DNA of 64,000 nt. It comes from Macrostomum lignano. Taxonomy: Eukaryota. The DNA is taken from contig NIVC01000922.1 of NCBI GenBank assembly GCA_002269645.1, positions 269,716 to 333,715 of the forward strand, in the 5' to 3' direction. Positions 30,081 through 43,376 of this stretch are shown one piece after another; position 1 is the first letter of the stretch, and the number at the start of each line of letters is the position of its first letter. The notes beneath the pieces are model-generated. The model worked only from the letters and a program-made list of their open reading frames with translations. It did not search any database and was not told the origin of the DNA. The position numbers and the translations under genes were made by a program.

Positions 30081-31663
30081 TCCATTCTATCGATCTAATC
30101 TAGCTTAGGACTTTTGGCTTTTGACAGGTCCCTTTATTAAATCATTAATTTTTTAGAATCTATTGAAAATAACAGAAGAGCTTCAAGATAAAAGGTCTGG
30201 GCCCAAATCCCGAGAGTTCCAATCCGGGATTTGGGGTCCAGAATCCTGGCACAAAATTTTGTTATTATTTTTACAAAGTGTTAGAATCGGTTAAAATGAA
30301 TGCGTACCTCCCCTTAAAACTGCGCAAGTGTCTCTCTGCGCAAGCGATTTTTTTCTCTCGAAATTTCGAAGTGTCACACGCGCTCGCTCGGTTTGCACCA
30401 AAACGCAGCCATGTTGATGGCATTCCTTGCGTCGGATTAGCAACAGTAACAGCAGCAGCACTTTTGGCCTCTCTATATATCATCCACCAACATCTCCACC
30501 CGGGGTTGCAATCAGGAGTGGAACCTTGCAAGAGACAGTTTTAACTCTAGGTGAGAGAGTGGCGCATTGAACGCCGCTCCTCCAAACAGTTTGATGGAGT
30601 ATAGTCATACATGTAGCAGCACTCCTCTCCGCTCCGTTTCGGCGTTGTTGTCAAAAAACAGTCGCACCAGCTGTTGTTTAACTGAAGTCCCTCTCGACGC
30701 AATATTGAAATTCTGTGTATCGTAAAAATGTATTGACAAGTCGTTGGAGCATTGGAATTGATGTGCGGCGGTAGATGCATGACAACCAACCTGTTTCCAC
30801 AATTGGTCGACTGTGAAAGCATTCAAAGCGGCACTTTTTTGCACTTTATAGTTGATCTAAATTTTCAAAGTAAGAATCCTTTGATAGTAGATAGATAGAT
30901 AGTTAATATAAAAAATTCTCTAGACGGTAGATTCTCGGCCATGTAGTTTTCGTAAAAAGAAACACGCAGGCCAAGAAAATGTGACGCTCAAGCAATAGTT
31001 GAATGGGACTTGGGCAAATATTGAACGCGTTTCTTTATCAGTTCCTAAGCACGCGGCCTTCTCAAAAATAAACTTTCCTCTCTTTCAATTATTTTTGGTC
31101 CGATTTGGTTCGCAGTTGGCTCTAGCCGAGCCTAGCCCCTCGGATTTGATGATTAATTCTGCAACCGCCCCACACTGGGATTCGGGCAGATTGAGTAAAA
31201 CCCGAGGACCAGAACGTCAGACCCTTGAACGCGTGTAGGGTCAGCTGCGAAATTGAAACCCGTATTTTATTTCTGCCCCAACTGCCCCAGCTTCTCGAGA
31301 TCATATGCGCCCAATCTAATGCTATAAAATATACAGTATACCTACAAGATAGATAATTGCCGGTAGCCTTTTGGTCATTTTGCCTACCTACATGTAATAC
31401 TTCTCCAGCACCCACAATAGTGTAGGCCAGGCATGCAGGATCTGAGAGACGCCAGATCAGTAAATCCCCCCCCGTGATTGGCTCGTCGGAAATAGAGGAC
31501 CAAATTAACTCCCGAAAGCGACCAGGGATAACGAGGAGGGCATGAAGGATTTTGTGCCAGATTCTGGATATGTCGACGCAGAGTTTAAGGCTGAAGAAAT
31601 GTTTAACTGCCTGACTGTGGGGTAAAAGTTGCTAAGCAATATTAACGTAACATTTTTGGCGTC

Positions 31664-32482
31664 ACTAATTTCTGTAATTTGGTGTCACCAACTTCTGTAC
31701 TTTGGTGCCACTAATTTCTGTAATTTGGTGTCCCTAATTTCTGTACTTTGGTGTCCGTAATTTCTGTACTTTGCTGTCCCTAATTTCTGTACTTTGGTGT
31801 CCGTAATATCTGTACTTTGGTGTCCTTAATTTCTGTACTTTGGTGTCCCTAATTTCTGTACTTTGGTGTCACTAATTTCTGTAATTTTGCGTCCCTTAAT
31901 TTCTGTACTTTGGTGTCCTTAATTCCTGTACTTTGGTGTCCGTAATTCCTGTACTTTGGTGTCCCTAATTTCTGTACTTTGGTGTCCCTAATTTCTGTAC
32001 TTTGGTGTCCCTAATTTCTGTACTTTGGTGTCCCTAATTTCTGTACTTTGGTGTCACTAATTTCTGTAATTTGGTGTCTTCAATTTCTGTAATTTGGTGT
32101 CACTAATTTCTGTAATTTGGTGTCCCTAATTTCTGTAATTTGGTGTCACTAAATTCTGTACTTTGGTTTCACTAATTTCTGTAATTTGGTGTCCCTAATT
32201 TCTGTAATTTGGTGTCTTCAATTTCTGTAATTTGGTGTCACTAATTTCTGTACTTTGGTGTCCCTAATTTCTGTACTTTGGTGTCCCTAAATTCTGTACT
32301 TTGGTTTCACTAATTTCTGTACTTTGGTGTCCCTAATTTCTGTACTTTGGTGTCCCTAATTTCTGTACTTTGGTGTCCCTAATTTCTGTACTTTGGCGTC
32401 ACTAATTTCTGTAATTCTGTGTCACTAATTTCTGTAATTTTGTGTCACTAATTTCTGTAATTTCGTGTCACTAATCTCTGTA
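31664..32482. repeat. Tandem array, 23-bp unit TAATTTCTGTACTTTGGTGTCCC
   Basis: Direct repeats. Confidence 0.97.
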
Positions 32483-32837
32483 TTAGCAATAAATATTGGA
32501 CTTTTTCTATCCAACGTTTTATAGCAGAGAATCTGAAGTTAACTGCAATCTGACTTCAATACTGTGTCCAAGGTTTATGCACTTAAATAGTCGCAATTGG
32601 AAGCCTACTTTATAAACTCAATCCTTTTCGATATTTGGCGGCCAGCTTGAAATTTAATGCCGTCAGTGTACACACCCGACAGCCGGCCTTCATCATGGAT
32701 GTTGCAACTTACCCCTCGAAAATTTAAACGAAAATTAAAGTACAAGGGCTAGTTTCACTGATGTCGCGTTCGAGTGACAAACTTGGCTTCGTTGGACAGG
32801 AAAATTTCCCAGCACTTTCGTTGAACCGTGTCCGCTT

Positions 32838-33320
32838 GTAGTAATGCGTCTGTGTAATAATGTCTGCGTCTGTGTAATAATGTCTGCGTCTGTGTAATAA
32901 TGTCTGCGTCTGTGTAATAATGTCTGCGTCTGTGTAATAATGTCTGCGTCTGTGTAATAATGTCTGCGTCTGTGTAATAATGTCTGCGTCTGTGTAATAA
33001 TGCCTGCGTCTGTGAAATCATGCCTGTCTGTGTAGTCATGTCTGTCTGTGTAGTCATGTCTGTCTGTGTAGTCATGTCTCTCTGTGCAGTTATGTCTCTC
33101 TGTGTAGTCATGTCTGTCTGTGAAATCATGTCTGTCTGTGTAATCATGTCTGTCTGTGTAGTCATGTCTGTCTGTGTAGTCATGTCTGTCTGTGTAGTCA
33201 TGTCTGTCTGTGTAGTCATGTCTGTCTGTGTAGTCATGTCTGTCTGTGAAATCATGTCTGTCTGTGTAGTCATGTCTCTCTGTGCAGTCATTTCTGTTTC
33301 TGTGTAATCGTGTCTGTCTC
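32838..33320. repeat. Two abutting related arrays: 20-bp TGTCTGCGTCTGTGTAATAA and 18-bp TGTCTGTCTGTGTAGTCA
   Basis: Direct repeats. Confidence 0.95.
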
Positions 33321-34774
33321 TGTGTAAACAATATTCATACCAACGCAGGACAAAATGGCACATAAAATGCAGTATTGACTATGAAATCATGCAAGCCCCG
33401 AGTCAGACGACGCAGCGACTCTGGAATTTCGCGTTAAATCTCTCTGCATATTTTTTCTCAAATTTTTGAAGTGCCGCGCAGACAGCTCTTTGAACGCCAA
33501 AATACAGGTATAGACAGTGCAAGATAAGAACTGCGCAGTTATAATATATTGCGCCCCGCGACGTACTTAAACAAATTCTTGATGATATATTTTCTGGCAC
33601 TATTGCTAATAAGCCACCAACCTGCTACCACACTAGTCAGGAGCCATAAAGAAATCAACAATGGCCGAATGTATGGCCAGATAAAATCATATTCGGTATT
33701 TCAGCTTTTCATCTAGGAACTGCATTGGCCGGGGATGTAAATTACCTTGGCACGCGCAAAAGTTAACATTGATGAAAGGATAAATTTATGCCCGGTAGCT
33801 TTACACAAGAAGGTCTGGAACGGGATGCTGGATCGCTTGCGGGTCTCCCACAAACCAAATCATCTTTAGGCAACGTAGGCTGACATCAGAAGACGTGCAA
33901 CCAAGAAGAGAAAAGCCATGCGGTCAGGGTGCATCAGATGACAAGCGGTGTCAGGATGGTGGACGATTCCGACGCATTCTCGTCGGCTCAAAAGGCCTGT
34001 AGCAGTTACTATAAGCTTGATTGTCGTTGTACTTTTCCCTTCGTTGCCTTCGCCATCGGCCATAGACAACACTGTAGGCTGCGTATTAAGCCCAGGGCAG
34101 ACAGAAAATCTGTAGCTATAGGCCTACAGATTAGGCAGACAGATGTTGTGATCGTTTTAGTGTGTAAACTAAAGAACAGCAGTCAGCCTACAGTCGTCTG
34201 AAAAGGGGAGGGGTTGGGAGACGTTGTGACTCCAGTTCCTGTCTCTCGGCCTCCTTGGGTTGGCTGCTGGGCGCGGTGCAATTCTTTATTGGGGCATCGG
34301 GAAGAATCCCTAACAAGGGAGACAGGACCCTAAGGTTAGGAACTCAACAGAAATCTTTTTGATGAGATAACGACAAATCCTAATGACTATAGGATTCCTT
34401 GCGCTGGGGCCGCAAATCAGGCCAAAGAATGCTAATTGCTTTACCACTCCTGACCACGTAATTGAGCAATACGTTTCCCTCAGAACACTCGAAAATTTAT
34501 TTCATCATTAACTTTCGCTTTCTTTGCATGCAGGACTAACTTTAACCAAGCACAGGTCAGAATGTTCTGCCTGAACCATCCACTCGATGTCCTGCAGATC
34601 GAGCCTCGTTTGAATGTTAACTTTGATTAAACTGATGAAGCGACTGCAGAATGACTCACTGTCTTGCTCATGTCAACCCCCCTTGAGGTCTCATCCCTAA
34701 GAGTCTTTAAAGTCTCAAGAAGCCCCCACAGTCTTACAGGTCTCCCCTTCGAAGTCTCCTCGTCAAATGCCTTC

Positions 34775-35700
34775 AACATTGAAGTCTCAACCTCAAAGTC
34801 ATACTACCACAGTCTCAACCTCAAAGTCATACTACCAGTCTCAACCTCAAAGTCATACTACCACAGTCTCAACCTCAAAGTCATACTACCAGTCTCAACC
34901 TCAAAGTCATACTACCACAGTCTCAACCTCAAAGTCATACTACCACAGTCTCAACCTCAAAGTCTTACTACCAAAGTCTTAACCTCAAAGTCTTACTACC
35001 AAAGTCTCAACCTCAAAGTCATACTACTAAAGTCTCAGCCTCAAAGTCATACTACCAAAGTCTCAGCCTCAAAGTCATACTACCAAAGTCTCAACCTTAA
35101 GGTCTTACTGCCAAAGTCTCAACCTCAAAGTCTTACTACCAAAGTCTCAACCTCAAAGTCATACTACCACAGTCTCAACCTCAAAGTCATACTACCACAG
35201 TCTCAACCTCAAAGTCTTACTACCAAAGTCTTAACCTCAAAGTCTTACTACCAAAGTCTTAACCTCAAAGTCTTACTACCAAAGTCTCAACCTCAAAGTC
35301 ATACTACCAAAGTCTCAGCCTCAAAGTCATACTACCAAAGTCTCAGCCTCAAAGTCATACTACCAAAGTCTTAACCTCAAAGTCTTACTACCAAAGTCTT
35401 AACCTCAAAGTCTTACTACCAAAGTCTCAGCCTCAAAGTCTTACTACCAAAGTCTCAGCCTCAAAGTCTTACTACCAAAGTCTCAGCCTCAAAGTCATAC
35501 TACCAAAGTCTCAGCCTCAAAGTCATACTACCAAAGTCTCAGCCTCAAAGTCATACTATTGATACCAAAGTCTCAACCTCAAGGTCTTACTGCCAAAGTC
35601 TCAGCCTCAAAGTCTTACTACCAAAGCCTCAATATCAAAGTCTTACTACCAGAGTCTCAACCTCAAAGTCTTACTACCAAAGTCTCAACCTTGAGGTCTT
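34775..35700. repeat. Tandem array, ~28-bp unit CTCAAAGTCATACTACCAAAGTCTCAGC and variants
   Basis: Direct repeats. Confidence 0.96.
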
Positions 35701-36179
35701 ATTATACCAGTCTCGCCATCAAGTCTCACCTTCAAAAAGTGTCGACCCTCGCAGTCTCACCTCGCTCTGCAGCAGTCCAGCATTGGCGGCCCCCTCTCCC
35801 CGACACCCCAGAGGCCAAAGCCAATCGAGTGTGTTCAGCCTGTAGGCACAGGGCAGGGGCAGGCAGCTTAAAATGGTTTGGTGGAAAGCTGACCTGCTTT
35901 CTAGGCAAAATCCCTCTTTGAAAGCAAAAGCAGGCAAAAATATAATTTGCTATTTCAATTATTGTTGCCTATCGTAGTCCATTTTTCAAAGGCCTTTGAG
36001 TATTTCTATCGCCTACAACTGCTGAGCTTCAACCCAAGGTCAGTGATAAATTTTTCGCTGCATAAATAATAGCGACAAAATATTTTCTGGACATCGAATT
36101 AGAGAAAATTCTTTTCTATTTGCTTCTCTGTAAAACATTGGCTCTTTGGTTGTTTTCTGAAGGATTTCTTTTGACCTCT

Positions 36180-36421
36180 GATAATTATAATCATTGATTA
36201 CACCTGCCCTGCCCTCTGAAGGCTGCCCCGGTTCTTGGCGAAGTCGCCACACACCCTCAATTGCCCCAGCTGATGCTGGCACCTGCATTTTACAGCCGGG
36301 TGGACTGAAGCAATGCAGAGTTAAGTGCCTTGCTCAAGGATACAAATTGTTCCCAGTGTGTCGAGAATCGATCCCTCGACCTTCAAGTCACGAGTCCGAC
36401 GCTCTAACCACTGCAAGCCCC
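36180..36421 (-). mobile_element. tRNA-derived CORE-type SINE, copy 2
   Basis: Shares the head (GTGG(C/T)TAGAGCGTCGGACTC), CORE-like block (CCTTGAGCAAGGCACTTAACTC...CTGTAAAATG) and GCAGCCTTCAGA with copy 1 at 21062-21326. Confidence 0.8.
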
Positions 36422-38152
36422 TAAATTTCATCTGACCCTCAGCGCGCATACGGACACAGATAAAGTACGCAGGTGCACTCCTCATAGGTGAGAAATGCAC
36501 CCGCTGACTTTAGCGCAAGAGTCGTTGAACTTCTCTGCAGCTAACTATTTGCCCTGGATTGCATTGAGCACAAGCGCTCAGTCTCGCTCGCAGACAGGCC
36601 CACTTAGAGCATTTTAGAGCAAGTGACTCTTGATTCCAGTTAATTTGATCAATAGCGCATATCAAATACGTTCTATTGTTTTGGTCTCACCTGCAGCTTA
36701 CTAATAATAATCCAGAGTCGCTTTCTTCTCCCGTCAATTCGTGATCCTGAATCTGAATTTACACCCGAATGCACACGAGGGGACAGAAAGTGAGATACTC
36801 GTACTCAAAAAGAATATTTCTTCTTTGAAAACAATTTCGTTTGGAGACAGCGTAGGACAATGGACGCCATGAAGCAGTGCTAGGGGGTCTAAACGCATTC
36901 CCGAGACAGGAGATGGAGAAGGGGGTGAGTAGCTGCTCAAGGCTTGTTGGGGGAGAGATTTCTGCTTTTAGGCATCGCTTGGATAAATCGGAACAATAGT
37001 GTGTTTTAGGCGAATTCCTATTGCAATACAAGGCAGAAGCAGAGGCTCCTACAAGGCTCTGCTGCGGCTGAAGGTGGTAAAAGGATTATAGCCCAGTAAT
37101 TTCTCCTTCAGTATAAATTCTCTGATCCCAAATTTCCCACCTTTCAAACGTCTGTTAAGTGCTGTCGGTTTTTTTTCGGGCACCGAATCGGGCGAACTGG
37201 TCAGTCGCGATGCTCTTCGGCCGGCCCGGCAGTGAATTATTGGAAGCCGGGTGTCTGGGAGAGGAAGACTCTGCCTCTGTTTATCCCTGCCACAGACCCT
37301 GACTGATTGCTGGCGGGGCGCGGTTGGAAATTGAGTGACATTTGCAAGAGATGGCGCTGTTGGAATTGTTACACTATCTCCATAGGCCCCCCCCCCACCC
37401 CTTAGTTCACTTACCTAACTGATTTGCTTCAAACAAAAGCAGCTGAAAAAGCCGACCATAGTGCAGTGCTATCGGTGTTTATAATAGCAGGCTTTCAGTT
37501 CTACTCTGCAGAGATATCCAGTTGATAGATGATACCCGGGGACCAGCAGCTGATTTCAGAGGGTCAGACGCAGATTTGTGGGATTGAATGGAATGATAGA
37601 AAATGCAATATACAAATTACTTGACTGTGTGGTTTCTGTGGCTCCGGCGCGTTGGTAGAAGCAACAAACAGGCAGGGCACTTGATGCCGGACCCGTAGGC
37701 CCAGAATCAAAACTGAACCAAGGCTTAGGGGCTAAACAGGAAAGTTCTCTCCTCAGCCTTGGGTTTCATCACCAGATTGGTCGATAATAGGCGGAGCGAA
37801 AGCGCCGCATCCGGGATCAGGTGATGAATGCCTCTAGGGACATCCGATCGCTGCCATGGCGCATCGCATGAGGTGGCCGGAGCGACCATGTGTGATTTTG
37901 TTAGCAGCACATTTGAATTCTATCCTGAGCACGGACACAACGAAACTTTCTAAAGTACTTTCATTTTTGTGAGAATGGGCAAATAAACATGGACCACAGG
38001 GGGCTGTTAGAGGACGCATTCTCACGATTATTATGCAGATTTAATGAACCAGCTTTGCTTCTCGAATACAATCGCGAGATAGAAATCTACTAGGCGCTTA
38101 TGCAGCGAGTATGCTAGCATGCTGTAATACTTGAGTGAGTTTATTATTATTT

Positions 38153-38473
38153 TAGGGGCGCCATTTCATTTGAGTGGGGGTGCCATTTCATTTGAGTGGG
38201 GCGCCATTTCATTTGAGTGGGGCGCCATTTCATTTGAGTGGGGCCCCATTTCATTTGAGTGGGGCGCCAGTTCATTTGAGTGGGATGCCATTTCATTTGA
38301 GTGGGGCGCCATTTTATTTGAGTGGGGTGCCATTTCATTTGAGTGGGGCGTCATTTCATTTGAGTGGGGTGCCATTTCATTTGAGTGGGGCGCCATTTCA
38401 TTTGAGTTAGGCGCCATTTCATTTGAGTGGGGCGCCATTTCATTTGAGTGGGGTGCCATTTCATTTGAGTGGG
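38153..38473. repeat. Tandem array, 21-bp unit GCCATTTCATTTGAGTGGGGC
   Basis: About 15 direct repeats. Confidence 0.96.
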
Positions 38474-40717
38474 CTCTACCGCCAAAGTGCTCCAGTGCGA
38501 GTGCAAGAGGGCGCCACACATCGGATGTGGCGAGGCCCCTGCCTAACGTTCCGAGTGGCCATTTGATCCATCCCAAGCGATTTTACTTTCTCCTGTAGTC
38601 CTTGGCCCTGGGCTCTGCGATTCCGGTTAGAACAGGAATTGTTAAGGTTAATAGCATCTGGATCGGAAAGAGTGATTAAGGATATATAAAGATGAGAGCA
38701 TTATTTGATTTAAAATTAGCATATAAAGTGGCTTATGAAATGCAATTTCTTTCAATAGTAAAGGCTGTTTTGTCAGCTTGCTCATTTTCGGTCTCAAATT
38801 TCGATTAGCAACTGTTCCGCTTACGGAAGCAGAGACAGGAGCGGAAGCAGAAGATAAGTCAGTAAAGGGTCGAGGCTTAATTAATCATCAATCTTGAGTA
38901 AACAGAACGGAAAAGACATCAAGGATCTATTCTTATTTGATCTTGTTTGTGCGTACCTCCTCTACTTTTATAAGTGCTATTCTTCAGCAATGTACTGCTT
39001 TGTACGAGGCTCGTACAGTATAGTTATAAGCTTAAATCTTTAAAACGTGAATACACTATTTGCCATTAATATACACCACAAAGATTTGCAGCTTCGGCTT
39101 AACTTTCTAAACTGCGAAAAGTCGATTTGGCAGGTGGAAAAAGGTTGCATTTTTCCGCCTAAAATTTTCCCTGCCTTAGCAGTCAATTCGATTTTCCCAC
39201 CTGGATCCACGCTGAAAAAAAAGGTTTTTGTCACTTTCTGCCTGCAAGCCTCTCTGACTGACCTTTGACTAACCACCGCGGGTACCCACGAGATTTAACC
39301 TATCCACCGTCGCACCTTGAAGCTATTTGTGAATTGTGCGATTTTCTTTAGTTTTTTGCCGTCACTACTAAGCTGTTTAAAGCTGTCGTCGTTTGTAAAT
39401 GACGGACGTGAGGCGAATAATTGTATATTGTATGTAAACTGATACGCTCATTTTTTTAATATTTTGGATTAAGTATTGGCTCTTACAGCGACATGACTTT
39501 AAGCAGTTGAAAGCTGGTTGTCTTTGATTTTAATTTTTCGAGGCTTTCTACGTGTGTCGCCGTGTTTAATTTGGTTTTCGACTAGACAACATTCCGGAAC
39601 CAGCAACCAATGTGACCAAAGTCTATGGCAAATAACTATTTTTACATTACACAAGATAATGTCGAAGTGCATCTTTTGTACTTTTTTACGCTCGTACTTA
39701 TTTCGAACATTATTTGTTATTTGCCGTCTGATATTTTTACTAGCATCGGTGAACGTCGGCGTAAAGTAAAAGTAGTTTTTTGCCATCGACAGCGCAGGAT
39801 GTAGAAAGCGTCTGTTGACTTCGTGGGATTGTTGTACGGGGGCTCTCTACGAGTGTATTACTCATTATGGAGCATTATGGGGCTCTCTACGCTAAGAGTG
39901 CAGGTGGACTTGCGATTGTGAATCCGTAGCTTTAGTCCCTAACATACTTCTTATATAGCTGAAATCAAATTTTATCGAGACAACCATGACATTCGGATTT
40001 TGTGGGATTTGTTTCGCTTTCAAAGCATCGCATACAACTTGTCATGACAAGTCATGCTGTCTTAAAATCTGTCTATCTTTGCAGTAAAAATTGTCGCAAA
40101 ACAGGAAGATATTTGGGAGTTGAAAAAATATTGTTTTTTGTTGCCATAATGGAATCAATACGATCCAGTCATAAAAGCATAAAAACAAGATGCTAGGCGT
40201 AGGAGATGCAGCCACATGAAATGTTCGCTCCGCACGCGCTGTATTTTGACAGGAATACTCGTATCTAGCTACCATCATTTTTAATGTTTCTGTAGTCATT
40301 CTATATTATTTCCAGACTTTATGTTACGTAGCAATAAGCATAGCTAAAACTTAAGCCCTTTCTGGGGAACCGGCTCCGACTTTTTTCGCTTCGGCTGCGG
40401 AAACTTACGAGCTACGAGCTACCATGACCTCCGCGGTGCTCCAGAAGTGGGGAGTCCAAAGAAAATCTTCTTTCCAAAAAGGCAATATCTAGGTTTACCT
40501 GTTGGCAGCATATAACGCTTTCGAGTTATAGTTTTGCGCAGTCAGTCATGACAAGTGTGCGTTTCTTTTCTAGAATAGAACGGGGAATTCAATATAAACA
40601 ACTGGCTTGTTTCAAAATAACCGTTTCTTTTTCCAAGCGCAGCGAGTCACTTGCAAGGCTCCGATTGGGATCTTGGGATTCCTCAGTCAATGGGATTTGT
40701 ATATCGTATATCGTTAT

Positions 40718-41978
40718 CTTCCATTGCATTCTTCAGCTGGATTGCAGCCAACATTCCACTCTTCCATTGCATTCTTCAGCTGGATTGCAGCCAACATTCC
40801 ACTCTTCCATTGCATTCTTCAGCTGGATTGCAGCCAACATTCCACTCTTCCATTGCACTCTTCAGCTGGATTGCAGCCAACATTCCACTCTTCCATTGCA
40901 TTCTTCAGCTGGATTGCAGCCAACATTCCACTCTTCCATTGCATTCTTCAGCTGGATTGCAGCCAACATTCGTCTTCCATTGCATTCTTCAGCTGGATTG
41001 CAGCCAACATTCCACTCTTCCATTGCATTCTTCAGCTGGATTGCAGCCAACATTCCACTCTTCCATTGCATTCTTCAGCTGGATTGCAGCCAACATTCCA
41101 CTCTTCCATTGCACTCTTCAGCTGGATTGCAGCCAACATTCCACTCTTCCATTGCATTCTTCAGCTGGATTGCAGCCAACATTCCACTCTTCCATTGCAT
41201 TATTCAGCTGGATTGCAGCCAACATTCGTCTTCCATTGCATTCTTCAGCTGGATTGCAGCCAACACTCGTCTTCCATTGCATTCTTCAGCTGGATTGCAG
41301 CCAACATTCCACTCTTCCATTGCATTCTTCAGCTGGAGTGCAGCCAACATTCCACTCTTCCATTGCATTCTTCAGCTGGATTGCAGCCAACATTCCACTC
41401 TTCCATTGCATTCTTCAGCTGGATTGCAGCCAACATTCCACTCTTCCATTGCATTCTTCAGCTGGATTGCAGCCAACATTCCACTCTTCCATTGCATTCT
41501 TCAGCTGGAGTGCAGCCAACATTCCACTCTTCCATTGCATTCTTCAGCTGGATTGCAACCAACATTCCACTCTTCCATTGCATTCTTCAGCTGGATTGCA
41601 ACCAACATTCCACTCTTCCATTGCATTCTTCAGCTGGATTGCAACCAACATTCCACTCTTCCATTGCATTCTTCAGCTGGATTGCAACCAACATTCCACT
41701 CTTCCATTGGATTCTTCAGCTGGATTGCAACCAACATTCCACTCTTCCATTGGATTCTTCAGCTGGATTGCAGCCAACATTCCACTCTTCCATTGCATTA
41801 TTCAGCTGGATTGCAACCAACATTCCACTCTTCCATTGGATTCTTCAGCTGGATTGCAACCAACATTCCACTCTTCCATTGGATTCTTCAGCTAGATTGC
41901 AGCCAACATTCCACTCTTCCATTGCATTATTCAGCTGGATTGCAGCCAACACTCCACTCTTCCATTGCATTCTTCAGA
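40718..41978. repeat. Tandem array, 43-bp unit CTTCCATTGCATTCTTCAGCTGGATTGCAGCCAACATTCCACT (~29 copies)
   Basis: Direct repeats ending ~100 bp before the GPCR ATG. Confidence 0.98.
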
Positions 41979-42078
41979 TGATTGTAACCAATTTGCGAAT
42001 ACTTTCTATTTTCTACAGGTGACTCAAATTTTTACTTATTAGCTCCCACTCCGGACGATAAACGTTTGCAGAATCAGC

Positions 42079-43341
42079 ATGAGCTACAACAACACTACAT
42101 CAAGTGGCGCACCGACTGGAGTCCATAGCTTCGGGACGGCCAGTCGAGCTTTCATTTGGGCGGCCTTCTTTGCCATTATGTGCATCTCAATTGTCGGCAA
42201 TTCATTAGTCATCTGGGTCATTGTGGCCCACACAAAGATGCGAATAATTACTAACTTTTTCTTGCTCAACTTGAGCATCTCGGATCTGATGGTCGTGACG
42301 CTGCAAGTTGTGCCCAACGTTATCTACACTCTGGAGCAGAATTGGAAATTCGGTCTGTTTTACTGCCGAGTGTCCAATTTTATGACCACATTTTCGATCT
42401 CGCTGTCCGTCTTCACCTTCATGGCCATCGCGATTGAGAGGTGAGTTTTTAATGTTCAGCTTTGAATTATTTTTTGGTAGCTCTCCACGTGTCATTTATT
42501 ATTGGCAAGAATCGCTTTACTACGAAAGTATATTTAAAGTATATTTAGGCTCTCTACGAAATTAAATGCAAGGCAAAATTTTATGAGTAAAATGGTTCAT
42601 ATTTGTTATACTGACTCTCATAAATATGATTTGAGCAGTTTCATTAAAAATGGGCTAAGAAGAAACCCTCACCCCAGCTTAAGCTATCAGCCTGCAAAAA
42701 TAAATGTTTTTCACATTATATTAGTGCAAAGAGACAGGGATAAAAAATTATACTGAATAATGAAAGCATCAACAGATCTTCATCGCATTAACTCAGGCCA
42801 GCTCTTTACTTTATGTTCAGCTCCATCAATCTACTCAAATGAAGTCCTACGATTGAGAACCTCTGCCAGGTCTGTCTTTCTCTCGCTGCTCTTCTTATTG
42901 ACTCAGTGATTACGGTGATTAGATGCCTCTTCCCCGGGGCGGCTGTCGAGGGGTCTTAAATCCTCTTTGCCCCCCCCACCCTTCCTAGCCCGCTCCCTTT
43001 TTCTCGATCTTGTTTTCTCTCTCGCTAGCTCGCATGTCAAGTGGCAATTTAAAAAGGGGTGAGCCCGTGTTCCGCCTTCAGCTCCAGCTGCCGCCCCTTC
43101 CTCACAGCTCCATCGCCTATGCATCGGGAACTTGTCCCCAGGGAGATCGCTCCGTGTGCCCAAGGATAGAATCAGTAGGCTGGGAAGCAAGGCAGAAATA
43201 TTCTGATTTATCTCCCAGTCTTTCACTTATTTAGCTGGCATCTCTAGCCAATAATTTGACTGGGCAGTGTATGCTGCAGTGTCTGTTAGTATAAAATTAT
43301 GTGAGCTAAGACCGGAGCTTGGCTGATTGATCCATTGATTA

Positions 43342-43376
<35 letters not shown>

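Larger units (their letters stand above)
30300..37150 (-). other. Candidate upstream exons of the minus-strand gene (chain not resolved)
   Basis: Islands of non-repetitive, stop-free sequence bounded by AG/GT on the minus strand between arrays: ~31615-31393 (QAVKHFFSLKLCVDISRIWHKILHALL...GEVLH), ~30790-30613, ~30520-30308, ~32830-32760, ~34650-34540 (FCSRFISLIKVNIQTRLDLQDIEW), ~35895-35762, ~36744-36692, ~37070-36800. Phases could not all be reconciled by eye. Confidence 0.3.

Noticed and set aside
40548-42022. Three overlapping 414-477-aa ORFs
   Set aside because: Arithmetic consequence of a stop-free 43-bp unit; not a protein-coding gene on this evidence.
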